Assembly: GCA_002633005.1 (NCBI GenBank)
Contig: NMRA01000206.1
Span: 393,250-457,249, forward strand
From: Phoronis australis
Taxonomy: Eukaryota > Animalia > Phoronida
Length of the DNA: 64,000 bases
Direction of reading: 5' to 3'
Shown in pieces: positions 1 through 11,700 of this stretch. How positions within the stretch are numbered: position 1 is the first letter of the stretch; each line of letters begins with the position of its first letter. The notes below the pieces were generated by a model. It was not told the DNA's origin and did not search any database. It saw nothing but the letters and a program-made list of their open reading frames with translations. The translations under genes and the position numbers were made by a program.

Positions 1-59
1 AATTTTTATCTAAATTAGGACTAGGCTTGGTTATAGTAATATGTGTGTTTTCAACTCAG

Positions 60-201
60 AGACATGCCGGGACAAGCACATGAACTCGTCCGTCGTCTGA
101 ACGCTGATCACGCCGCCTCCGAAATGGACATGGAAAACGACTGGAAGGTTATCACGCTGTTCATTGGTGGTAACAACTTGTGCGACTTTTGCAACGATTT
201 G
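60..201 (+). CDS. PLB1: PLB1-like exon (DMPGQA...[21 protein letters not shown])
   Basis: tcaactcag acceptor, TTG|gtaagc donor; SGNH block III-like GGNNL. Confidence 0.92.
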
Positions 202-3200
202 GTAAGCTCTCACTCAAAGAGGAACTGTCAGTCTTGTGCGCACAACATAATCTTTGATACATGGTAAGCTCTCACGTTCTCACTCTTCGAAAATAAGGAG
301 GCTTCTCCCGGTCATCTTCCGGCCACAGGTTTGATATTGAAAAATGTGGTGCTTGAAAACTCCAGTGAATTAGTCATTACGTCATTTAAAACCTAAGACA
401 ACAACAGCATCAAGTTATACACCGGGAAGAAACAATCACGTAGGATCATCACGCGTCTTGTTCGCTATCGTTAAACGTCATGCAAAAATTAAAGTTATAC
501 ATTGTATCAGTTTTAAACGTCTTATGCAACCCAACCTGGGGTCACTAGGGCCCGGGGTCACTAGGTCCAGGGGTAAATAGTTATACTCGAAATCGATTTC
601 GAAATTATTTTTGTTATTTTCAATTCTACTTTTGTGCGAACTGAAGATAAGTGTATGTTATTCTATGCTATTGTACATAATGACTTGCGTGAATAACTTT
701 CTAATCCTAGTTTACACTTGATGATCCCAGCATTAAGAGAAATATTTCAAGTCTAACCTCGAAATTTACGCAGTTTTTACTCGAAATCGTGAGTTTTACT
801 CGAGTATGGTGGTCGAAGCTAGGTGCCGTCAAGTGTGAAATTGGACTAAAAACTCATATGCGTAAACTATAATGTACTCGAGCATAGAATAATAGACACT
901 TATCTTGAATTCGCACAAAAGTAGAGCAGAAAACGCTAAAAAATAATTTAGAGTTAGTTTTCGAGTAAAAAGATTAGACCCCGGACCGTGAAGTGTCCTT
1001 AAATAAGGAAAATCACTTATTTTGTGTACACATAAAATACACTTCATTTTGAGAAACCTTATCAGCAAGTTTGTGTATTTAATCAAATTCCACAAAAATA
1101 TAGAGTACAACATGGAAAAAGTATAAATATATGAAAGTATAAATCCTGTAAAACTTAATTTTTGACTTTAATGTAACACTCTGTCATCGTCTGCGTCACG
1201 CGACCATCACTTTGTAGCAAAATTATACCAAAACAATGATATTCAAGATGAAATCACACAAAAACGCTGTTACAGTTTTCTAAATCATCATCGTGATGCA
1301 ACTTTTATTTTTTGATGAAATAATTTAGAAGTCGTAGTTTTTCGTCAGCACCCTATGCAAACGTGGAACATTTTACAATTGGTAATAACGTTGTGGAAAA
1401 CGGCATAACACACGGCATCTCAAATTTCATTTGAGCCCAATCAGCCGTTTCTAAGGTATGATGTCCCAAAGATGGGGTCAAACATCGACATTTTCCAGGG
1501 TTACTCATAACATTAAAATGATACCTAGCCCGGTTTTTGGCCTATTGACAGTTATTAAAAACGGATTTTCACTTCCAGTTTTCTGAAACAAAATAATGCC
1601 TTGTAACCCCTGATAACCCTCAAGTTTGGAGCAAAGTGTAAAGATTCCATTACAAAGTGTAGTAAACGGGAAAGCGTCACATACGCTTAAGGCAAATTAT
1701 ACAACTATGGGGAAAGAACAACCATCAAGAACCAAGATATCCAAGTGCAACTATGAGTTTTCAGTGGAATCCTGTTTTCATCACTATATTGCTACGCCAA
1801 TGACGCATTGACAGAACGAGGATTAGGGTTTGCTATCATTTTACGCCGGGGACAAACCATCGAACAGATGAATTATAAAACAACGTGAAGTAGGCCTACT
1901 CAATGCGTAATTTGTCTAAATTGCAGGAAAGACACAGCGCAGAAAATTACATTGGTAGCATCCGAGAAGCCCTAGACATCCTCCACAACAACGTCCCGCG
2001 AGCATTTGTCAACTTAGTTCAGATATTTGATGTCACACCTGTTGCCGGTTTGAGTAGCGGTACGATATGCAATATCATTCACGGGTACGTGACCTAAATT
2101 ACATAACTATACACTAGGCCGCCTCGTGGCGCCTCAGTCATGAAAAAAATCGCATCGTGTACTTGCAGCTTGTCGGTAAATATTAAATTTTGAAGTTCAA
2201 ATCTCATCTAGTTACTATTGGAATAGAACTGTTATTTAAAACGACAACCCTAATTGCAACCAGTACCACGTTGAAGCGGTGACCAACTTACGACAAACAA
2301 TAGCTTCCCTTACTTAACAAGCCATGTCATTTTGTCATTTGAAGTGCTGTTTGCGGATGCGGGCACGGAAGTAACGCTGACCCAGAAGGCCTCACTGAGC
2401 TCTCCAGACAGTATCAACGGGTCACAGAAGATTTGGTTAACAGTGGGCGCTACGACACAAGGGAAGATTTCACAGTGGTTATGCAACCTTTCTTCAGAGA
2501 CACCGCCCCTCCTCTGAAGGTACTCCAGCTGACCTATCGCCAGGATTTTGAGTGACAGCTTAACTGACCATTTAGAACTCATCGTTCTTGACACACCTTC
2601 GTTTCCAAGTCGCCATTTTACCCGACAAACAACACGTTGCCGGGTAAAACTTATTGTTTGTTAGTCGACATTACGCAAGGGGGCGGAGCTTGCGATAGGT
2701 CACTTGCTGTTCTTGTAACAATAATGATGCTAGTTTCCAAAGGATAACTTTAGTCTTAAAGTTACCGTTTTACACAAACCTTCGAAATGGTGTATATACT
2801 AGTTCAAGTTCGTCCATATTTTAAAACTGGCAATTTCGTGTTAGCCACCAGCAGTCTTGCAATTTTACTTGCTAACTAACCAAGAAGGGACTACTGGAAT
2901 CTCTCAGAAGACTTGAAGTGCTTCCCCTTTAGAACCAGTCAGGAAAACTTGGCTCAAATTCTTGGTGTATACTCCATGTATCGGGAGAACATGCACCCGA
3001 ATGAATTCACGATCAAATATATTTACAAACAGAACGCTGTGCAAAAGCTATTTAAAGTCATACACCTGAGGTAACGTATTTTACAGGAGAACAGTGATGA
3101 ACCCGACTTGAGTTACTTCGCTCCAGACTGCTTCCATTTCAGCGAAAAGGGGCACCAAGTGTCGGCCCGGGCTTTGTGGAATGCAATGGTGAGAAAACAT

Positions 3201-4208
3201 TCTATGATGGGCGCTACATATATTCTTAGATATATTCTTCCCGCCTCATTTCAGTTAAAACGTGAAACAAATCACGTAAACCAATAATTAAGGTATTTGT
3301 ATAGGCTTTTCGTTTTGTGCACGTCATCTCCGTGTTGCTATAAAAATCGTGAGCATAAAACTGTGACAATGATAGCATTTATGTACTTGCTTTTGGGTTA
3401 AAATTGAGATTTATGCAGTGATTTTATCGAGGCGCGCATTACACTACAGTGAAATTTATAACAGGAATAAACTTCAAAGAAACGTTAAATGCATATCTTA
3501 TGTAAGATTTGAATCTTCACCCATCCCAACAGCTCCGTCATTTAGGTGAAAAATCAACTTTAAGTAACCCTTGTCTTGATAAAAATCTAAGGCTTTGTTC
3601 TGCAGCTTACACCTATCGGTTCCAAGAGAACGGAATGGAGGCTGGATGATTACATGACGTGCCCTACACAGGTAGGTTGAAAATGAACTAGTAGACCAAA
3701 TAAAACCAATTACAACGAACAGTAAATAATGACTACTGGCGCACTTTGTGTTGAGCCGAAATTCCGATGAGTTATTTATGAGGAAAACTGTTCATCAGAT
3801 TTTTACTTATAGTTGTACAGGGGCTGGTGGTTCCTTGGAGCAAACGAGCTGCGATGAATATCAGATATGTGTACCTCGCAGTTCTGTAGCGTCCAGAGGT
3901 GATTCCCGGGGCGATTTTTATTGGATGCCCATTTCTGTCTACTCAAATGCATGGATCGAATAGTAAAAAAGACGAAATTTCAAAAACTTTATTCATAGTG
4001 ATTGGATACCCCTCCGATGCAGATGCCCTGGGACGTCGCCCCGTCTCCCATTTTGCACGCAACTGGTTCCTCATCTAGTTACGGTGTCTTGCTGACGGCA
4101 AACACAGCTGTATACTTTCAGAACGAATTGTACATTATTTGACAGTTGTTAATCAAGTTTTTTTATTCTTTGCAGGCACGACCTTATCTGGCTACCCGAC
4201 TCAACTAA
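60..4208 (+). CDS. PLB1: Phospholipase B1-like SGNH/GDSL lipase, 3' part: join(60..201,1927..2084,2345..2519,3087..3188,3606..3671,4176..4208); 5' exons lie outside the window
   Basis: Hand-spliced exons keep frame and give PLB1 motifs [60 protein letters not shown] (catalytic DxxH), LWNAM, CPT..PYL; GT-AG boundaries. Confidence 0.93.
564..987. mobile_element. Foldback/MITE-like element with long (about 165 bp) degenerate terminal inverted repeats
   Basis: Left ggtccagggg...tctacttttgtgcgaa...aagataagtgt...ttattctatgct mirrors right agcatagaataa...acacttatctt...ttcgcacaaaagtaga...ccccggacc. Confidence 0.75.
1927..2084 (+). CDS. PLB1: PLB1-like exon ([31 protein letters not shown]...)
   Basis: ttgcag acceptor, GG|gtacgt donor, 158 nt, phase 0 to 2. 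Confidence 0.92.
2345..2519 (+). CDS. PLB1: PLB1-like exon (AVCGCG...[26 protein letters not shown])
   Basis: Frame absent from the ORF track; AAG acceptor, AAG|gtactc donor, 175 nt, phase 2 to 0. Confidence 0.9.
3087..3188 (+). CDS. PLB1: PLB1-like exon with catalytic Asp/His ([34 protein letters not shown])
   Basis: ttttacag acceptor, ATG|gtgaga donor, 102 nt. Confidence 0.94.
3606..3671 (+). CDS. PLB1: PLB1-like exon ([22 protein letters not shown])
   Basis: ttctgcag acceptor, CAG|gtaggt donor, 66 nt. Confidence 0.88.
4176..4208 (+). CDS. PLB1: PLB1-like terminal coding exon ([10 protein letters not shown])
   Basis: Strong pyrimidine tract plus tgcag acceptor; TAA at 4206-4208; AATAAA follows at 4288. 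Confidence 0.85.
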   Translation, partial: ARPYLATRLN

Positions 4209-4287
4209 ATGTCAAACATTCTGTTTATTGGCCTAAAAGGAACTAACTGTAATCAAGGTATGCAGTTAAGTGTTAATGAAAAAAAAC

Positions 4288-4293
4288 AATAAA
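4288..4293 (+). terminator. Candidate polyadenylation signal of PLB1-like gene
   Basis: First AATAAA 80 nt after the stop; ATTAAA alternatives near 4467 and 4747. Confidence 0.45.
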
Positions 4294-5672
4294 TTGATAA
4301 TTATATCAACTGGCAGTACTTCGGGAGCAAGTTTTCCGATATTATAGCAAAATTGGTTACGACACTTGTCGTTATTAACAATCTTTATTCCGTTCCGTTC
4401 GTATCCTCGGAACAAAGTTCGACACTCAAAAGAACATGGGGGTAGAGCAACTGACCAAGAGACTTGATTAAAAGACACACGATATTTCGAAGCATACTTG
4501 TTTCATTCTCAAGTCGAAATAAGACGACGCAGTAATACCACCACAGAGCAAACGCTGGAAACATACACCGTGAGACACGGCAGGTGTTATTTTACACAGC
4601 AAGTTTAGTAAATCGGTGATTATGCGAAATGTATAATTTTGACTATGTTTATTGTAGTTGCATAATATGAGGCGTAAAAAGATCGTTATCAAAGATGGGG
4701 AATAGAAGATAACTATTCCTATCAAGGTGTATGGCCTGAGCTCTTCATTAAAGATATGACGTTTTAATTAATTTAGCCATGAACTCTAGAAAAAATCCGA
4801 CCAGATTCATGACTTACATAATTTATTTTCCAGTATTATACCAGAAATTTCTAGTGTAACTGAGGGACCTTTGTTTTATATTTTTTATTCGAACGCCATG
4901 TTTAAATGACAGTATGTGGCTCCGACATTGCAGAACATTTACCGTATTTTACGAAACACATCAGGTGTGGATTGCAGAAAGTGTCTCATTTTACATGTGT
5001 GAAAATTATTCTCGATTGGCTGATGGGTAGTTAGCTCTCACATAGTTTTAAAAGACACACCGCAAGCAGCTCAACCATGAGAGCGTCATTCATTGATCAC
5101 GACCGCCATTCTTTTCTTGTGGAGGCTATGAGAATGCTAGCAGCAGTGACTTCAGTCTTAGATGACTAAGGCTATTATATCTTGTCAGTGTGACATTTCC
5201 TCTCCAGAAAACCATCGTATGTCAATTTGACATGGCCTAAATTAAAATTAGAAAAAAGGTTTCCCTTAATTCCTGAAACCAATCGCATCAACAGTGCCAT
5301 TCAAAACTACTTATCAGCAAACTGACAAAAGAATTTGTTTGTAAAATGATATTTTATTGCAAAAGCAGGACACCCCACGACAAGTGTATACGAGGAATGC
5401 GTTAAAGGATCTCCGAGAACTTTAAGTTACTTTATTGAGCGTCTGTAGATACTACACGTCAACTTATAAACGCATCAGTGACAACACGTTTTGCTCACCA
5501 CCTCCATGAGGATAGGGTGAGAAAATGAACATTATAATTTACTTCAAGGGTAAATGGTCAAATGCATCATACAGATGCTGGACTCGGGCCAGTGTCCTGA
5601 CGGACGCCACTATTGTATAAAGGAAATTGATGAGATAAACAAAGAAAAAAAACAAGTAAAAGTCATAAGCAC

Positions 5673-5678
5673 TTTATT
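5673..5678 (-). terminator. Candidate polyadenylation signal of semaphorin-5 (3' UTR about 2.7 kb)
   Basis: AATAAA on - strand followed by a U-rich tract (+ aaagaaaaaaaacaag at 5641-5656); alternative AATAAA at 5830-5835. Confidence 0.5.
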
Positions 5679-8359
5679 CTTTATCAACTGTTTTGCTGAC
5701 AGTACAAAAATATACAAAATGAGGCAACTGCCAAGCAGAAAGTAGGCTCTATAATCTGCCAAAGGAGAAGCAGTGAATAACGAATAAATGAAAGATTTAA
5801 CAAATCTTAATGTAGTCCCAAAGCAAATGTTTATTTTACCTTAAAGTAACAGCTTTAATACACAGCAAATTTAACTGACTGCACTTCAAAACGGTGAAAA
5901 ATCAATGTTAACAAAGCTCCCCCAGTGATGTAGTACAGAGCCTCTCTCTCCACAAGAACAAGAGCCCTAGTCCTTCTATGCCTTGTTTTACAAGGCTACA
6001 CTCAAGACAAGACAAGACAATTATTACATAATTGACAAAACATAAAATAGAAATTGATATAACAAAACTAACTGGTCAACTCAACTACAAGCAAAATATC
6101 AGATTTGATTTGCATAAGTACGAGTTGTGGGTAAAAAGTTAATTGCCTATTCAGAAACAAAGCTAAGTGAAAATAATAAATTATCCACCGCTCGTTTTAC
6201 TGAAAAATTAAAGACGGCACGAAAAAATTTTTTTTGCATCAACCGTGAGAAAAAGTGATGGCAAAAAATTAATTAAATCAGTAAATAGTTTGCTCATAAT
6301 AAAACATATGTTGAGTATATGAATGTACATAATCATGAAACAATTAAAATCTCTACCAGAGAGACACACATGAAAATAAATGCAACATGATGTTATGGCT
6401 GTAAGGCCAGGAAGTTGTTATTATTTGTCCAAAACATAAGCACTTATTACTTGCCAAAATTTGTATTAATTTCCTGAATTGCTGATATCCAGTTCATGAT
6501 TAGTTCAGTTCATGATTAGCTTGTCATTATAAAAATGAAACACTATGTTTTTGTATATAAGTGAAAACTTTTAAAGGTGTATCAGTCCAGGTTAGTAAGG
6601 CATCACAGATGAATAACACATATACTTCTATAATCATAAATTTTCCGAAAATGAAGACATAAATACTGGCGTACAGTCCACAGAGCCAAAACAAACTTTG
6701 TATCAGTTATAAATTTTACATTTTATATTCCATGGCAAACACTCATGTGTGGGGAAGGGGCCTGTGCCTTAAGAGTGGACTTTTATCAAAAGCAAGGGAA
6801 ATCCTTCACCCAGTGTACACTCCTTATACCAATTCACCACCAAGTCATCACTAAGTCTGCTCCCCTGGCAAAGCTTCAAGTAAACAGGAGCAAAATGCTC
6901 TAAAGCAAGTTGTTCTGGGGTAGTTCATAGTCTGCAAGGAGCTTTAGAGCAGAATGTGTAGTGTTTTGATGTATTGGAACAGGCCAAAGAAGGAGGGGTG
7001 TCAGGTAGTGTATGTAGGACTACCATGCATGATATTCTTTGCTCAATATTACATGATCACCCCTGTACGCACGAGAAACTAATCCCGATTCCGTTCTCCA
7101 CACCGAGGCTGTAAACACTGGGAAGGCATGCCTGTGAGATGAGAATTTTCACAGTTAATAAAACCGTCTGAATCTGAAGGCCTGCAACTCTTTACACAAC
7201 CTCACAAACTTTGAGAAATGCATCCTGAGACCGTACACCAGTATTTGCGGTAAATACAAAATTGAACTTATCAATATGGATCATAGTCATAATAAGTGAT
7301 ATCATCACAAATAAAGAATCAATATGTTATACATCGTGACGGCCCTTCATAACAGGATATTAACCCTGGCAGTGGATAATTAGGCTTGTGCACTGTTTGT
7401 GTTTTTGTCTTTCACCTGGCAAAGAATTGAACAACCACAGAGTGGTTAATTCAGATACTCGCTTACGTTATTACATTCAGCATTAACCGGATAATCTCAC
7501 CAATTTTGGACAAAAATAACTGCCAAAATTGTCCTTTCATCATTTTCAAGGGCTTCTAACATTGCTGTGAATGCCAACAACATTCAACTTGGAAATTCAC
7601 GTGGAAAATCCTTCAATTTGGTGCCACACACGTTTCTTGGGAAAAACGATGAAATAAATGTCCACCTGTTGGCCGTATTGTGAACTAAATTGGTGATATT
7701 TTACTGAAACCAACATAATCCAACAGGTTATTGAAGGACATCATCTGGCTTTAAGTGAATGTCACCAGTATTCATTGCACATCATGAATGCAATTCAACT
7801 TTGTTGCATTCTATCAACATCTTCCAACACGTGAGGTGAGCTCCTGTATGGGAGTCTATCACAAATATATCATGCCTTCTAGCAGTTCAATAGTGTTGAA
7901 GCTATGCACCATTTCCCTATTGAACTCTTGTGAAGTTCGTGATTATGCGAATGGCGTAAAACGCTCCATAGGATTCCATTCATGACAATCTTATTTCTGT
8001 GAGGACAATACAGCACTCACACCAAAAGACAAAATCTCATAACTTGATCCAGGTTTAGGGCTGGTGTGGCCAAAGCTTTGTGTACACATCACTTAGCAAC
8101 AGTCTGAAGGTGAAGATCAGCCAACAAAGTGTTAACACAAAATATTGTTTGGCATCCGTTGAGCAAATTCCTTGTGTAACATCAGAGCTCTGATGTCTCC
8201 TCACCTACTTGATGGTTTATAACAACAGTCATGTCTGTTTGTTCCATCACGTTTCATTGGCCCATTCAGGACAACCACATATGAACTCTCCAATCACAGC
8301 TCTCATTGCAGATCTCCTGCTCCAATCACAGTCCTGTCTGTGAAACATCACTACCAACA

Positions 8360-8766
8360 CTATAAATCATTCGATGATAAATTTGTCCGCATGGAATTGC
8401 GCTTTGCCTCTTTTATATTGTCCTTCTTAGAATCCTTCCTACTCAACTGCCTATTGAGAGTACTTGTATTTAGTGTGATGTTCATAGCATTCAATTCCTG
8501 TTCACTGCAATACTGATTGTTCAAACTAACTCCTGACGGCACGGTGGATAATGTCGTCATATAAAGATTAGGTTGTGCTTCGTTCTTGTGGTTTCTTTCG
8601 TTCTCCACCATGGGTTTCTCCCTTCTCTCTTTCCGCCGGATGTACATGAAAATTGCGAACACCACCAACCCGCCTAGGACAAAACCTGCCACAGCGCCCC
8701 CTATAGCGTGTTCAATTCCCAGTCCACCCCTGGCTACCTGCTCCTGGGTTTTCCCCAATCGGATTT
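8360..8766 (-). CDS. SEMA5: Sema5 terminal exon: TM helix + cytoplasmic tail
   Basis: HAIGGAVAGFVLGGLVVFAIFMYI followed by RRKERR stop-transfer; TAG stop. Confidence 0.92.
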
Positions 8767-11700
8767 CTGGAACGAGAAAAGGAAAAATGAAAACAAATAA
8801 CAGATTGAAGGTGCAGAATAAGCATTATGCACTTAAGTTAAGTACACCACCAAACTAAGTGTGTGACCCGTGACACTTAATATTCATGAAACAGTCAAAA
8901 ATCTATACAAAGATTTACATACCTGTACAATCATGTGGGCAACAAAAATGTACAGGTAACAATAATGTGCAGGTAACAAAACTGTACAATATGCATCCTA
9001 TCCCCCAAACCAGGGAAACCTTCAGCAGCAACCTTCAGCAGAAGACATTTCGACGAGAACAAGAAACTAAACTCACCTCCTTCATTGAAGAGACATGGTC
9101 GTTCTTCCCTACTGAGACCTTGACATTCAGTGTCTGACGGCGACGGAACATCACAGTCCCTCTTCCTAAACTCCATACTGTTGCTAGCACACGCGGACCA
9201 CTCTGACCACACTTTCCAACCATTGTTGTCTGTAACCATAAAAACACACACATAACAGCAAGAGTTGGATTAGTACTACTCACACGAACAGACTTTGATC
9301 GCGGTTTTCAAGGAAATTTGTAATGTTCTACCTTCACAGGTATTTCAAACAGTATAACATTACCATCCTCTGGTCTGTTCACGCCTCCTTAACAAGAATT
9401 TGCAATCAAAAATTAAAAAATGTGTCATTAAAAAGTTTACTTCCAAAAAAAATCCTTAGTCTGTTTCCATTTCTGCCACAAAGAACCCTCGAAGATTACC
9501 GTAGAAGTAAAAGCTAGGTCCGAAGGTTAACTTTTGACATCTTGTCTCATAAGGTAAATTTTAAATAACATCAACAAACTATATCACTTCTTCCAGAAAC
9601 TGCTATGAACTTCAGTGAAGATGTGACAAGACAAACTTCAAGTTTTTGTATTCAATTGATCATTCTCCAAGTGAAACATGTGTCCTGAGTATAATCAGTA
9701 CAAACATTCCAATTATCCCATGTAAAATTTCATCCCGACAAAAAATCTACAGCAAAACCAATTGGATTGAGGAACTGCAACTTAACTCTACTATCAACTC
9801 CGGCACTTCAACATGCATGCATGTTTAAGTGACCACCTCTGCCACAAGAGGGCACTGCATGACAAGTGAAATACTTACCCCTGCAATCAGCTGAGCACAA
9901 GGCGGTCTCCTTGTTAGAGCCTGGACAGGGGATATCGTAGCTGCGCCCCTTGATATTGCTCCGACACGACCGCAACCGTGACTTGACACCATGACCACAG
10001 CTCACTGAACACGTGATCCAAGAGCTCCAACATGACCACTCACCTAAAGGGGGCAGTGCAGTCACTATTACATTATGACACACTTGGACCACACTGTAAC
10101 ATTTTCACATCTTGAGCTAGTATCATGTATATGTAGTATACTTTACATTACATGGAGAACCTTATTGACAAATCTGTGTATTTAGTCACATTTCTACAAA
10201 ACTAGATTTTAACAAAGTAACAGTACATATTTTCTGAAAATAAAGCCTGTTGAATTAAATTATTTATAATTACCAATCTGCCACTTGTTGGGTCACACGA
10301 CCATGTCGTTTTTAGTAAAATTTAGCAACAAAGAAATTACATTGAAAGCAATATAAAATATTGCTAACACGATCAAATTTCCTTTTGATATAAATGAGAT
10401 CTCAAAAGCGATGTTTCAGTTTTCTGTTTTTCGTTATTTCATAAAAAACATATAAGTCCTATTTTTGATAGCCTCTCAAGCAAGAGTGTAACAATGCCCA
10501 TCAGTATCTTAGAGAACACTGTTCAAAGCACAGTGTCTGTAAGTTAATAAATTCGATAAGACATTTCTGAAATATGATGTTCCAGAGTTATGACCAAAGT
10601 TGGACATTCTCCAAGGACCTACGTAACCATAAAATAGTTCCAGGAATAATTTTAGGAACACGGTCTGTGTCATTGGCAACGAAATAATTTCAATTACGCA
10701 CTGTGATTGCCAAACTCGGGCCGACGGGTCCATTAGAATTGGAAGCCAATACACAAAAAACTAGGTCCTCCAAATTGACCCACAGATTTTAAGCCGGGTG
10801 GGTCAATTCACCCATACCCACGTTTTTATAAAATGATCGCTGTAGTGCTGTTTCAAATGTTAAAGAAACTAGCTTTATTGAACGGGGCGCTTTTCCGAGA
10901 AAGCATCTGGAAGACACCTTAGCACAGTGAACCAGAGTATTTACCTTGGCACGAGTGTATGTTACACTCTTTCTGTTCGATAGAGTACCCCACACAATCC
11001 TGGCCGTTTCCTTTGGGTCTAGGGCTGTTGCAATGTCGGTCACGCCACTGGCTGCCTACACCACAAGCTCGGGAACATGGGGTCCATTCTGACCAATAAG
11101 ACCAGCCGCCGTTTACATTGGCCACTCGCCCACTGCCATCTGTTGGGAAAATGGAACAACGTGAATTGGTAAGATTATCAGATTTTGTAGCCCAGTAGAA
11201 TAATGATGACCTCGTGCTGAGTGTTATCTAAGGGAAACTAAAGTGAATAGGAAATGTATGAAGGCACACAAAGTGCATTAAATGGATACAACAAAGACGA
11301 AAAGTAAATCAAATTCAGACTGCTTAAGAGAGTGTAAAAGTCACACTTTGCACTTCATGAGGAACGTAAAGCAGCCGTGCATTCCATGGACGTGACCACT
11401 TAATGCAGGTATGTAGTGAGACTGCATGATTTGCTTGAAATGCATCTTGTGTATTCACAAAGTGTTCACGTCTACAGAATGCACGCCACGTGTAATCAGT
11501 TGATTATAGGCCCTCACACTGAGTTGCTTCAATCAAACACCTTTTGCAAGACGTCCAGAGTAAGTTCAGGCGTGCAATTGGGTTGGAATATCAACTAATA
11601 CTACGGCGGTACTATCAGGGTTGATCCAGTGCATTAGCACTTAACAGTGTACTGCAAGGGTGACTTATCAGACTAGAATACGGAAAGAGCAACATTCCAT

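Noticed and set aside
263-275. Duplicate of the PLB1 donor (ggtaagctctcac) 62 nt downstream
   Set aside because: Use would shift frame; likely a small neutral duplication
6662-7780. Single miR-200/8-family and miR-92-family 7-mer seed matches in the Sema5 3' UTR
   Set aside because: Expected by chance in 2.7 kb without conservation data
8918-8930. AG|GTATGT ratchet-like site in the last intron
   Set aside because: Intron is only 310 nt; recursive ratchet points are a long-intron feature
11501-11509. 9-bp complement to the 48-nt candidate's acceptor
   Set aside because: Short and AT-rich; plausible by chance in a 5-kb intron
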